This document shows positions 14,455-26,832 of a DNA stretch of 64,000 bases, in pieces. The stretch is from Octopus vulgaris (lineage: Eukaryota). Made by a program: the position numbers and the translations under genes. Positions within the stretch are counted from its first letter, which is position 1; each line of letters begins with the position of its first letter. The stretch lies in contig OX597827.1 of NCBI GenBank assembly GCA_951406725.2, positions 61,380,001 to 61,444,000 of the forward strand, read 5' to 3'. The notes beneath the pieces were generated by a model, which was given only the letters and a program-made list of their open reading frames with translations, had not been told where the DNA came from and did no database searches.

Positions 14455-15020
14455 CCACTGCCGCTGCGCCACAATCACCTCCACCACCACAACCACAACC
14501 ACGGCTGCCACCACCACAACCACCACTCCACTGCCACAACCACCACAACCACCACTCCACTGCCACCACCACCACTCTACTGCCACCACCACCACCACAA
14601 CCACTGCCACAACCACCACTCTACTGCCACCACCGCCACCACAACCACCACTCCACTGCCACCACCACCACAACCACCACTACCACCACCACAACAACAA
14701 CAACAACTGCCATTAACTCTACACAACCACAATCACAACTATTACTAACAATGTCACTGCAACAACAATAACAACAACAACAACAACAACAACCACAATA
14801 AGCAATGTCAACACCACCACCACTGCTAATACCAACACCATCACCACCACAACAACAGTAACAAGAACAACACAACAGTGACCACTGTAGCATTACTACA
14901 ACACCAACAACACCCTCACAACAACTCCACAACCACCACCACCACCACTACATTAATCACCACTACCACCTCCACCTATATCAACAGCACCACCATAACA
15001 CATCCACCACCACCACCGCC
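14455..15020. repeat. (CCA)/(CAA) low-complexity tract
   Basis: Direct inspection. Confidence 0.9.
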
Positions 15021-15131
15021 CTGAATATTGATTTTTAACATTGGCACAAGGATATTAAACCCCTCCTAAGCTCCACTAATATCATTTGTCATTCATTCAT
15101 TTATTTATCTATTTATTTATTTATTTATTTA

Positions 15132-15171
<40 letters not shown>

Positions 15172-15249
15172 TTGAGGGCAAATATATCTTGATGTATATC
15201 ATTGCTTCCCTACAAAAACTGAACTGACGAGGAGAAAGGGAAGACAGGA

Positions 15250-15815
15250 CAGAGTGAGAGAGAGAGAGAGTGTGTGAGAGAGAGAGTGTATGAGAGAGAG
15301 AGTGTGTGAGAGTGAGAGAGTGTGTGAGAGAGAGAGAGAGTGTGTGTGAGAGAGAGAGAGAGTGTGTGTGAGAGAGAGAGAGAGAGTGTGTGAGAGTGAG
15401 AGAGTGTGTGAGAGAGAGAGAGTGTGTGTGAGAGAGAGAGAGTGAGAGAGAGAGTGTGTGAGAGAGTGAGAGTGTGTGAGAGAGATAGAGTGTGAGAGAG
15501 AGTGAGAGAGAGAGAGAGGGGGTATGATGCAGGAGTGTTGTGGTGGGGAGAGGAGGAAGAAAAAAGAATATAAAAAAGGAGAGAGAGTGAGACAGACAGA
15601 GAGACAGAGAAGAATTATAGCAGAGAGAGTGAGGAAGAAAGAATAAGATAAGTGAGTGAAAGAAAAAGGAGATATAGTGAGGGAGAGAGGGAGAGAGAGA
15701 GGGAGAGAGAGAGGGAGAAAGAGAGACTGGGAGAGAGAGAGAGACTGGGAGAGAGGGAGGGAGGGAGAGAGAGAGAGAGAAAGGAAGAGTAAGAGAGAAA
15801 AAAAAGAAGGAAGAG
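15250..15815. repeat. (GA)n/(GT)n purine-rich tract
   Basis: Direct inspection. Confidence 0.9.
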
Positions 15816-16010
15816 AGACATAACATTATCCAGATGGTTACAGGTTTTGTCTGTGTGGTTAATAAGTTCACTTTGCAAAGTACAGGGTCTCAAGTTCAGT
15901 CCCCAGTCTCACTATATGCCACTTTGAGCAAGTATCTTTCGCTTTAGCCTTGGGTTGATCAATACCATGTGAGAGGAATTTGATAGACGAAAACCATGTG
16001 GAAGTCCATC

Positions 16011-16059
<49 letters not shown>

Positions 16060-16097
16060 CAGATAGACAAATAGGCAGACAGACAGACAGATAGACA

Positions 16098-16608
16098 AGC
16101 ATCATCATTAATGTCCAATTTTCCAAGCTTGTATGAGTCGGACAGAATTCTTTAAGGCACATTTTCTACACCCAGATGCCCTTCACATAAACCTTCACCT
16201 ATTTCCAAGTAAGGTATAATATTTCCCATGGCCGGACACATTTTTAACAGAAGACTGGAAACAAATATCATACTCATTTACAACCATCATGTACAAACAC
16301 ACACACATAAAAACACATACATACACACACACATACATAAATAAATATATACATAAATAAATAAAATACATACATACATTGTATGATTGTGGTAAATGAG
16401 TGTCACCGTCATACAAGCAGTGTAATTCATTTCTGATATTCTGCAAGAACAGGTCTAGTCACAAGGAAATATTACCATGCTTGGGAAAAAGGTGAGGGTT
16501 GGCAACAGGAGGGGCATCTAGTTGCAGAAAATCTTCATTAAAAAGAATTCAATCTGACCCATGCAAGCATGGAAAAGTTGACATTAAAGTAATGATGATG
16601 ATGATGAT
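16098..16608. mobile_element. Inverted pair of SINE/LINE tails (gcatggaaaagt.gac.ttaa family)
   Basis: 16098-16290 on minus, 16390-16608 on plus. Further copies at about 4280-4390, 21280-21400 and 25790-25985. Confidence 0.6.
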
Positions 16609-16632
16609 ATATGATGGGCTTCTTTCAGTTTC

Positions 16633-16850
16633 TTATTTCTTTGCTGCCCACAAGGGGCTAAACACAGAGGGGACAAACAAGGACAGATACACGGATTAAG
16701 TCGATTATATCGACCCCAGTACTTAATTTATCGACCCCGAAAGGATGAAAGGCAAAGTCGACCTTGGCGGAATTTGAACTCAGAACATAATGGCAGATGA
16801 AATACCGCTAAGCATTTCACCCGGTGTGCTAACGTTTCTGCCAGCTCACC
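16633..16850 (-). mobile_element. SINE family B inserted in SINE family A
   Basis: 13-bp TSD ttctttcagtttc. Confidence 0.9.
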
Positions 16851-17686
16851 TTCTTTCAGTTTCTATTTAACAAATCCACTCACAAGGCTTTAGTTGGCTC
16901 AGGACCATAGTAGAAGATACATGGTACACTATGTTCTCATGATATACTGATGTATCACATCACACCCCAGTCCTAATTCATTATGACACCTTGTATCCAA
17001 TACTCTATGATCTGTTTTTATGTTATTGATGACACCAAGAAGGTGCTTCTTTTCCACTCACCAAACAGAACAGAACTTTGGCCAGGAGGAACTGATATCA
17101 TCAGATGGTATCCAACGATCATCTGATGTTTCAACCCTGAACCATAACACCCTCCTGTTGGTGGGTCAGCAAAGATGGCCAAATTACTGTTCCTCATCTC
17201 CTCATGGTTTCTGGCTTAACTCCTCTCTCTTGTTCCATCCATAACCAGCAAGAGACTCTTTCTGCTGCCTCTTCCACCCCATGTACAACCACCCTTTGCT
17301 CTTTCTCTTCTATTCCAATATCTGTAAGCATCCTGCATACCAATTGGGCAGGAAGGAAATCTACTACTGCAAACCTCAACTGGGAAAATTCATGACTGCC
17401 ATTCCTTCTCTCTGCAATCCTGCAGAAGGCTCTTGTACATGGCATGCTTCAATCCGTAGAGATGAAAATCTTTATAAAGGGTATGATGGTAGAAGATTTA
17501 CTATGTTAAAATGTTTAAATGAATTAAGTAATTTTGGTTTACTGCCAGATTGGGGAAGTAAATTGAAACTTTATGACGATAAAATGGCTTTTAAAGTAAC
17601 ATAACATAGAAAAGACCATTTTTCTTTAAATCATAGTCTTTGCAGTATTGTTGTAATTACACCAGATTCGTGTAGGAGCTTAATTG

Positions 17687-17725
<39 letters not shown>

Positions 17726-17988
17726 AAGGACTTTGCATGATTGTGTATAGAGGGATATATATTATTCAAAGGAATTCCAACTCTGTTTTTATGTTTCATT
17801 TATATTCTTTATAATATTAATGTAGAATATAGAATATATAGTATAGATAATATATATAGAGTAAAATGAAATGAAGTATTGATTGTCTTATTGAATAGAT
17901 GAAATATTGAATATCAAATATTAAGGGACTAGTATACTTTCTTGCATTAAAGCAGTCTTCAAGGTCCAAGGTTGTGACAGGAGTGTTT

Positions 17989-18035
<47 letters not shown>

Positions 18036-18130
18036 GTATGAGTATTTAAATGTGTGTATTTTTTTTTTATTTTATATCTATCTATAATTTAACCTTATTT
18101 ATAACTTAACCTTATGTACTTCATTAAAAA

Positions 18131-18259
18131 AGTCTCTGATGAAGCCTAGAGAAACACCCAAGTACCTCAATTTCATCTACTTATTACTTCAGTCTACAGG
18201 AGGAATAAAGGTAGAATGAGGTATTTTTACCTCTTGGCTGAAACAGCTGTAAGATATTT
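18131..18259 (+). ncRNA. Type I hammerhead ribozyme motif with long stem II
   Basis: agtct-CTGATGA(18136-18142)-agcctagag...ctcttggct-GAAA(18240-18243)-C agct G-TA-agat. Stem II is extended by aagtacctca/tgaggtattt. Palindromic stem III. Confidence 0.7.
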
Positions 18260-18522
18260 TCCCAATTCATATTCCTGTATGTTATATTTTAATAATTACT
18301 GGAATCTTTATATATTAATATATTTTTATATGTAAAGCGTAATATGTTATACATGTATGTATATTCTTGTAATTGTTATTTTAGTAAATAAATAAATAAG
18401 TTGACATAATATAATGTCTAAAAGTTGATGAACCATCTATTGATCCCCTCCATTTTCTTATTGCTCTATATATCTATATATGAATCATATTCACATTTTA
18501 AATCTAAAAATCTTTTATGTTA

Positions 18523-18746
18523 ACCCTTTAGCATTTAAACTGGCCATGTCTGGTCCAAGATATTCTACCTGTTTTATGTTCAATCCAGCCAAACAGCCTT
18601 TCATACATATACTATAATGTCATTCTAAAAATAAACGATCACATCATTGAAATCTTGAAGCTATGAGATTAGTGCATAATTAATTCAAAACGATATTAAT
18701 AAATAAGCATTACATTTGACAGAGTTAATTTGTATGCTAAAAGGGT
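18523..18746. mobile_element. piggyBac-like MITE family 2
   Basis: TTAA|ccctttagcatt ... atgctaaaaggg. Related copies at about 12508-12705 and 21040-21277. Confidence 0.7.
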
Positions 18747-18884
18747 GACATATCTCTATTAATATACCGATGTCTTCTGTCAGACCAGTCATATAACATT
18801 ATGATACATTACCGCATATCACAGTTTGTTTATACGCTAATATGTTATGTCACTCCGCAATCATATCCACCACATGTCCGGTCC

Positions 18885-19060
18885 TTCTTGCAGTGTGGTG
18901 GCTTCAGTACCTCATTGATCCTGAGAACTATGTCAGCAGAGTGCAAGCTCCTGTTAAGACTTCCCATGCTGGACAGGTCAAAAGAGGGAAGCCGTATTAA
19001 TATGGACCACCTCTTGCCAGCAGTTAAAAAATGGGTTTGGTTAGGGCCATGATCTCTACA
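18885..19060 (+). mobile_element. RTE-like 5' UTR fragment
   Basis: gatcctgagaactatg...cccatgctggacaggtcaaa resembles RTE/BovB-type 5' regions (from recall). Confidence 0.35.
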
Positions 19061-19169
19061 TAGAGAAAAAAATGCAGTGATGCAGAAACATTGATGTTGA
19101 TCGAAAATGATCAAGTCTTGAGAGAAGTTCTTCCTTTACGGACACAGTGCAACAAATTTTAAAAAAAAC

Positions 19170-19451
19170 AAGCCTGGCTCATAAGGGCCAGTTTCCCAGT
19201 TTCCTTGGTGTATAGGTACCCCACCTCGACTGGACGCCGGTCCGTCGCAGGTGAATTGCAAGATGCAGGAGGAAAGAGTGAGAGAAGGTTGTGGCAAAAG
19301 AGTCAGCAGAAGTTCACCGTTACCTTCTGCCGGAGCTGCGTGGAGCATAGGTGTTTTGCTCATAAACACACACATCGCCCGGTCTGAGATTCAAACCCGC
19401 GATCCCTCGACCGCGAGTCCGCTGCTCTAACCACTAGGCCATGTGCCTCCA
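19170..19451 (-). mobile_element. SINE family C (tRNA-Arg-like head)
   Basis: Minus strand ggaggcacatggcctagtggttagagcagcggactcgcggtc...; same head as 47211. Confidence 0.8.
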
Positions 19452-19454
19452 CTA

Positions 19455-19710
19455 TTTTTTAAAGTACTGGTACTTATTTTATTGGTCTCTTCTACCACAC
19501 TTCTGTGTTATGGGGACATAAACAAACCAACACCATTGTTAAAGCAGTGGTGGAGGACAAATGCAACACAAACACACACACACACACACACACATTCACA
19601 CACACACATACATACTATAGGCTTCTTTCAGTTTCTGTATATCGAATCCATTCAAGACTTTGATATAAGAGACTTGCCAAAGTGCAGCACAGTAAGACTG
19701 AACCCAAGCC
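19455..19710 (-). mobile_element. SINE family A, degenerate
   Basis: gtacttatt, ggggacataaac and ggcttctttcagtttc blocks. Confidence 0.65.
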
Positions 19711-19736
19711 TACACACACACACACACACATATAGA

Positions 19737-19792
<56 letters not shown>

Positions 19793-21039
19793 TTTCAATC
19801 CATAAGTTTGAAACCAAACATTACATACAAGTCCACAGCACTTCGTTGCCTCATTCACTTCACAACAGAAAAAGAGCCAACAAGATATGACTCAACTGAG
19901 CTGAAGTTCAATCTCCATTCAGTCTATCTGTCTGTGCGTCACTCTCTCCATATATACATCTACCCTCCGCCTCATCCTTTCGCAGTATCTGATTCACAGG
20001 AAGTATCAGCCTCTCTTCATTACTTTACTTCCTTTTCTTACCTCCCACTACTTCTCCTACTTCCTCTGCTTCCTTATAACTTCTTCAGCCCCTCTTTTCT
20101 GTTCCTTCTATTTCAAACTTCTCTATTTTCAGCCCTATTTTCATTTTCTTTGTCCCTTTCCTTATTTTTCGTCTCCTTTTTCCAAAATTTCATATTCAAG
20201 CTTTTTCATCTTCTTTTACAGTATCATTTTCTCTCCTCCCTCCTTTCTTCCTTTCAACAACTTTTATTTCACTTACATCTTTAATGTTTCTTCTTCTTCT
20301 TCTTTGTCTTCTTTTCATCTTCCCCCTTCTCTCCTCCTCTTTCTTTTTTCTTTCTTCTATTTTTCTTCCTTCTTTGTCTTTTCTTCCTCCTCCGTCTTCT
20401 TTCTCCTTCTCTCTCTTTCTCCTCCTTCACCACCTTCTATCTCTCTCTTTCTCTCTCTCTCTTCCCTTTTCCTTCTCTTTATTCTCTGTATTTTTCTTCT
20501 TTTCCATCTCCTTCCTTCACCGGGAAAAACTCCTTTGCTGACCCTCTTCTAATTACACAGAACCGAAGATCAACTTACAAACTAGCTTCATTCCCTTTAC
20601 ATAGCAACCAACCGTTATTTTGGTTATTGTAGTTGTTGATACTACAGCTACCAATGTTGTTGTTGTTAAGAGACTTTAAGCTACTTCAGCCTGAGCAGAA
20701 CTATTATAAGGAGTAAACCAAATGAATGGTTTTAAAAAAAAACCCCAAATAGAACAAGGTTTTTTTTTACAATTCATCATCATTGCCATCATCATCATCA
20801 TCATCATCATCTCTGTTGTTGTCATTGCCCTTGTCATTCTTAAGTGCCAAAGCTTAGCCCTGGCTTTTGTGTCATTAAGATGATGAAAGATTAATCTGCT
20901 CTTGAATAGGGAAGCACTTACACTAATTCCTGTGAGCCGGCCCTTTTACCATCTCTGCCATATCTACCAAAGTTAGTAGAATAAGAATTTGGTATTGTCA
21001 TCATTGCCATCATAGTTGTCATCATCGCTGCTTTGCTTT

Positions 21040-21277
21040 AATCCCTTAACATTCAATCAGGGCCACACCTGGTTCAAATATTTGATCTGCTTTTATGTTC
21101 AAATTGGCCAGATCAGACCTCTCACACCAACCCTACAATATCACTCTAAACATAAACAATCACATATCATCAAAATTACAAAGCTATGAGATTATGAGAT
21201 AATACATGATTAATTCAAAATAATGTGGATAAATAAGCATTACTGTTGGTGGATTAATCTGAATGCAAAAGAGCTAA
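21040..21277. mobile_element. piggyBac-like MITE family 2
   Basis: Same internal sequence as 18523-18746, with decayed ends. Confidence 0.6.
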
Positions 21278-21688
21278 TGTCTACTTTTCCATACTTGCAT
21301 GGATCAGACAGAAGTTATCAAGGTAGATTTTTCTATACTGTCAACAACTCTTACCCGTTCTCAAGCAAGTTAATATGGTAATATTTCTCCATAGTCCTCC
21401 ACCTTTTAGGGGTTGATAAAATAACTGCCAGTTGAGCACTGGGGTCAATGCAATCGACTTACTCCCTGCCCTGAATTTGCCGGCCTTGTGCCAAAATTTG
21501 AAACCAATATTTCTCCACAGACAGAAATAGTTTTGTAGAATATTGGAAATGGGCAACAGTCACACAATGTCAAGACAAGAAGACACACATACACACACGC
21601 AGACACACACATATGCATACACATGTGTGCATGTGCATGCACACATCATGCCTACACACACATATACAAATTACTTTTTTTCAGTTTC

Positions 21689-21921
21689 TTATTTCTTTAT
21701 TGCCCACAAGGGGCTAAACATAGAAGGAACAAAAAAGGACAGACAAAGGGATTAAGTTAATTATATCGATCCCAATGCATAACTGGTACTTAATTTATCG
21801 ACCCCCAAAAGGATGAAAGGCAAAGTTAACCTCGGCAGAATTTGAACTCAGAACGTAACGGCAGACGAAATACCGCTAAGCATTTCGCCCGGCGTGCTAA
21901 TGTTTCTGCCTGCTTGCCACC
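21689..21921 (-). mobile_element. SINE family B inserted in SINE family A
   Basis: 13-bp TSD ttttttcagtttc. Confidence 0.9.
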
Positions 21922-22164
21922 TTTTTTCAGTTTCTGTCAAGTAAATCTACTCACAGGGCACTGGTTGGCCCAGAGCTATGATAGAAGACATTTGCTCAAG
22001 GTGTCACACAGTGGGGCTGAACCCAAGACTATGCAGTTGGAAGAAGGGAATAAGCTCAATACTTGCAACCACAGATACTTATCCAGCAGTAAATTACACC
22101 AGACATCAGTGCCTACACAGACATAGGTGGACTAAGACATTGGTAGAAATTGGTAGAAATTTAA

Positions 22165-22397
22165 GGCGATGAGCTGGCAGAAATGTTAGCACGCCGAGTG
22201 AAATGCTGAGCAGTATTTCATCTGCCGTTTCGTTCTGAGTTCAAAGTCCACTGAGGTTGACTTTGCCTTTCATCCTTTTGGGGTCGATAAATTAAGTACC
22301 AGTTATGCACTGGGGTTGATGTAATCGATTTAATCCCTTTGTCTGTCTTTGTTTGTCTACTCAGTGTTTAACCCCTTGTGGGCAATAAAGAAATAAG
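22165..22397 (+). mobile_element. SINE family B
   Basis: gagctggcagaa...caataaagaaataag, flanking duplication taagacatt.gtagaaatt. Confidence 0.85.
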
Positions 22398-22517
22398 ACA
22401 TTTGTAGAAATTCTTTAATTTCTCATCAAGTTATAACTACTTATGGGCTTCATTCAAGAGTAACATTCTAAATTTCTCTCATGAAATCGTATCTACCTCT
22501 GAACTATTGAGAATTAA

Positions 22518-22717
22518 CCCTTTTCTTACCGTATTTCTGTAGAGATGCTCTGTGTTTCTTTCAATCAATTTTAAATATAACAAAGAATTTAGTAAAATCA
22601 TTAAGCTAATGTTAGGAACATAAATTGTGATGGAAGATTTTAATTCACAACTTTTGAAAACAAGACATTTGTACTACAGAGCCAGAGGTGGCTTCAGCTG
22701 GGTTGGTATCAAAAGGC
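22518..22717. mobile_element. piggyBac-like MITE
   Basis: TTAA|ccctttt ... aaaaggc|TTAA. Confidence 0.7.
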
Positions 22718-23535
22718 TTAACACAACTCTTCAAACCCTGATCATGAGCTATCAACCTTTGGACTCTAAATAGATAAATCCTTAGATCCTTATCAAGTGA
22801 TACCTATGTCTAGAGCATCAAGGGCAGCTCTTTAAATTCTAATCATGAGATTTTGTGGAAAACACCTTAGATCCTTATCATGTGATAACTATATCTATAA
22901 GAGTAAGACATCAAACCCTTATCATCAAATATTTATTTTTGAGCTACTAAGATTAAATCCTTAACCCTAATTATCAGATTTCTACCTTTGGGTCCTTAGG
23001 TGTGATACCTTAATCTAGGACCATCATAACAGTATTATAGACTCCTGAACAAAGCATTACAATGGGACTCTTAGATACACAACAACAGAATACATAGATT
23101 AGCATTAGGCTCCTACACTTGTGGACCCCGGCAACCGTAAGACAGCACTGCCTTAACCCTTTCTTGGGCATATTTCTAGTGAAACACTTTACCAGGGGCT
23201 AAACAACAATTATTTCTTCCCAACAATAAGAAGCTCGCTTTGCAACCACATGATTTCAGGTTCAGTCCCACTACCCAGAATCTTGAGCAAGTATCTTCAC
23301 TTAATGACCAATGCCTTGTGAGTGAATTAGGTAGAAAGAAACTGTATGGAAGTTCATCATGTCTATATATATATGTATGTATGTATGTATGTATATATGT
23401 ATGTATGTATGTATGTATACGTAAATCATCATCATCTAACGTCTGTTGACCATGCTGGCATGGAGTGGGTGGTTTGACCAGAGCTGGTAAGCTGGGGAGT
23501 TGCTCCAGTTCCAGTCTGATTTGGCATGGCTTCAA

Positions 23536-23566
<31 letters not shown>

Positions 23567-23570
<4 letters not shown>

Positions 23571-23636
23571 TATACTATACTATACTATACTATACTATAC
23601 TATACTATACTATACTATACTATACTATACTATACT
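23567..23636. repeat. (TATAC)n pentanucleotide
   Basis: Direct inspection. Confidence 0.95.
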
Positions 23637-23637
23637 A

Positions 23638-23756
23638 GCTTGAGGGAAAAGTTTGTGTGCCGTGTTAAAATAATGAACTGAATGAACACACACACCACAA
23701 AAATATATTTAAAAAAAGCATTATTTTAACATGGCACACAAACTTTTTCCTCAACC
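23638..23756. mobile_element. Tiny foldback MITE with mariner-like TIRs
   Basis: gagggaaaagtttgtgtgccgtgttaaaataatg is inverted as cattattttaacatggcacacaaactttttcctc, with a spacer of about 43 bp. Confidence 0.7.
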
Positions 23757-23759
23757 TTA

Positions 23760-24113
23760 CATATATAAGGCCACCTAACACTCCATACTGCAATCCCCTT
23801 GATTAATTTGTGAGGGGATGCAGTTGAGCGAGAGACCAACGAAACTCCTTCTAACACCAAAGATGAACTGAAGGTAAGGATTATGGCAACATTCACCAAC
23901 TTAAACAAGGAGACCTTCCAGAAGAGTTACAGGAGATTCTGAAGTCGTCTGGAGGCCATGGTTTAAACCAATGGCGATTTTATTGAATAAATTTACTCTT
24001 TAGTATTTCAAGATATTTTTATCTAATTTTGGTAAATATATCTGTTAAAATGAGATGTCAGTGTTATTTTCCTTTTTGCGTAGTTTAGACAACAGTTTCT
24101 TCACCACACCCTG
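23760..24113 (+). mobile_element. Tc1/maT-like transposase 3' remnant with right TIR
   Basis: Degenerate reading ~PPNTPYCNPLD...AVERETNETPSNTKDELKVRIMATFTNLNKE...SRLEAMV*TNGDFIE* (WPPNSPDLNPLD-type motif). Ends cacaccctg|ta. Confidence 0.75.
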
Positions 24114-24129
24114 TATGTATATATATATC

Positions 24130-24520
24130 ATCTTTTACTTGCTTCACTCATTACACATTAAACGGATTAAGAGGACATGCTGAGGCACCACCTTGAAGAA
24201 TTTTTAGCCAAATGAATTAACCCCAGAATTTATTTTTTTGTTAAACCTGGGACTTATTCTATTGGAGTCTTTTGCCAAACTGCTAAGTTACGGGGATATA
24301 AACACACCAACACTGGTTGTCATTCAGTGATGGGGAACAGACATGAAAACACACATATATATACAATGGGCTTTTTTCAGTTTCTCTCTATCAAATTCAT
24401 TCAGAAGGCTTTGGTCAGCCTAAGGCTATAACAGAAGACACTTGCCCAAGGTGTGACAGAGTGGGACTGAACCCTGAACCATGTAGTTGGGAAGCAGGCT
24501 TCTTACCACACAGCCACACC
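24130..24520 (-). mobile_element. SINE family A
   Basis: Matches 646-1062. Confidence 0.8.
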
Positions 24521-25054
24521 AGTACTTATCTCTCTGAAATTTAAAAAGACAATTTCTTTGCAACTTTTTTAACAGTTTTGCAGGATAGGCGTGCAATCAT
24601 CACAGGGTAAACTGAATTTTTTTTAAAAGATTGTTTTTTAAGAATTAAAGAATTACAGAATTACAGAAATTGAACAAAATAATGTTCCCCCAGTAACTAA
24701 TACTAAAAAAATTTTTTTGGGTTGTTTTCTTTTTCTTTTTTTTTTTTGGTTTTGCATTTGAAGGAAGGTCAAATGACTTAAGTAGGAGCTCCCAGTTTCA
24801 AGTGTAATTTTCTTTGTTTTTTCTATGGTCTGACACATAAGTCTCTCTCTCTCTCTCTCTCTCTAAATGGTAATGTACATACACACCCATGTACATATGG
24901 TGTGGTGTGGTGTGAGTGGTGTGTATGCATGCATGCAGTCTAGAGTGTGTATCCGCGTGTGCATAACATCAAGTATGTAGACATATAGATTTGAAAAAAA
25001 TCACACACACATATCCATATACTAATATTTATATATGCACATACATGCACACAC

Positions 25055-25096
<42 letters not shown>

Positions 25097-25497
25097 GTTT
25101 CGGGCACATGCCGTTAGTAATTACTCAGAGTAGGCAGTTGGGAATATTTATGTAGTAAAACACAAAAAAATACATGAAACACAGGTGCACAACTGAGTAG
25201 GAGGTAGATTTACTTCTGCCTTTATAGCACGTAAAGAAAACATTGTTGTAGGAATGTACACAGCACATGTACTACAGCAGTACTATGTGTAGCTTTGATA
25301 CTGAGATTGAAATGCAGGGGTGAATTATGCCTACCTAATCTACAAAAAATAAAATATTTTATGCAGAGTAATCAGAGTAACCTTCATAATTTTATTAATT
25401 AGATGCATATTTTGCCATAAAAGGAAAATGCTACTATCGATCTATTTTATTCAGGGTAGGTATTGCCTACTATGTCTACCCAGGCAGCACATCCCTG

Positions 25498-25542
<45 letters not shown>

Positions 25543-26832
25543 AACATTCCTACACATACAGATCCGTACACACACATATATATATACATGCATACACCTA
25601 TATGTACATATACATACACACACATACATATGTATATGGCTGTGCAGTTAAGGAACTTGCTTCCTGATCACTTGGTTCTGGGACCAAAAACTTTGGTAGA
25701 TGGAAAGTGAAAGAAGTCTCTTTTGTGTGTGTGCATGTGTGTGTGAGTTGGTGTCTCCTAGTCTTGACATTATGTGAACACTGTAAGAAAATGTCACCAT
25801 TGTTCAAGCAGTGCCCTTTATTTTCCATCTTCTGCCAAAATATTCCAGCTATGGGGAAATATTATCTTATTTGAAAACAAGTAAAGGTTGGCAACAGGAA
25901 GGACATTCAGCCATAGAAAAAAAAAAGTCCTTAACAAATTCCGTCTGATCCATTCAAGCATGGAAAAGTAGATGTTAAAGGATGAAAAAATGTATCATTT
26001 GAAGTCTATACAATAAGTGTGACTTAATCGTAAAAGAATGAAGCTACTATGAGGGTGAGGACATCTTAACATCTGATAATAGCAGTAGGCACACTTGGAC
26101 ATCCTGTAATAGCAGCATGCAAAACTGTCAACTAGCAGGACAGATAATTATCTCCTCATAATATAACGGTCCTCCTTAATCCAATGTTCCTTGCATTCAT
26201 TTGTTTCTATTGCATAAATGTGTTAATGTGGACACACCCAACTTGGTGTGTATTTATATACGAGATTTCAGAGTCAGTTGACATGTTTCTTATGAAATTC
26301 TGAGGAATCATGCTCAACATGTATTATAAATTAAATCCTACCTAACACATGAAAATTAATTATTAGTTGCTGAAATGGTTACAGAATAATGCAAGATTGA
26401 TTATATGGAATAATGATGAAACAATTGTAAATAAAGTATTAAAATGATTTGCTAACTCCATTCTTTCATATTTTCCATTGTAAATACTCTATGGATATTT
26501 GTGGATTTTCATATAATTCAAGTGAAAAAGCTCCCCGCTTTTCAATTTTATGATAGCTGAAATCTGTGGAAGTACCATACATATATACATACACATATTC
26601 CCACATGTACATATATGTTCCTGATGTTAAAAATGTGAATGAGAAAGAGAAACATGATTCATACATAGAATTGCTGCTGCTGCTACCATTGCTACTGTAT
26701 TTTGGAGTCTACCAAAGAAAATTTCAATCAACTCTGGCTTCTCAAGAAGCATATCCACAACCTTCCTAATGTCTTATCCAAAGGTTATGACATGCTTCGT
26801 AACTAACACTCCCTGACAACTACAGATAGGTT

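Noticed and set aside
17020-17604. ORFs 17020-17244 and 17281-17604 as host exons
   Set aside because: No recognisable domain or consistent splice sites; probably decayed transposon sequence.
22730-23100. Internal repeats ccttagatccttatca
   Set aside because: Only two clear copies and no stable period; too degenerate to call.
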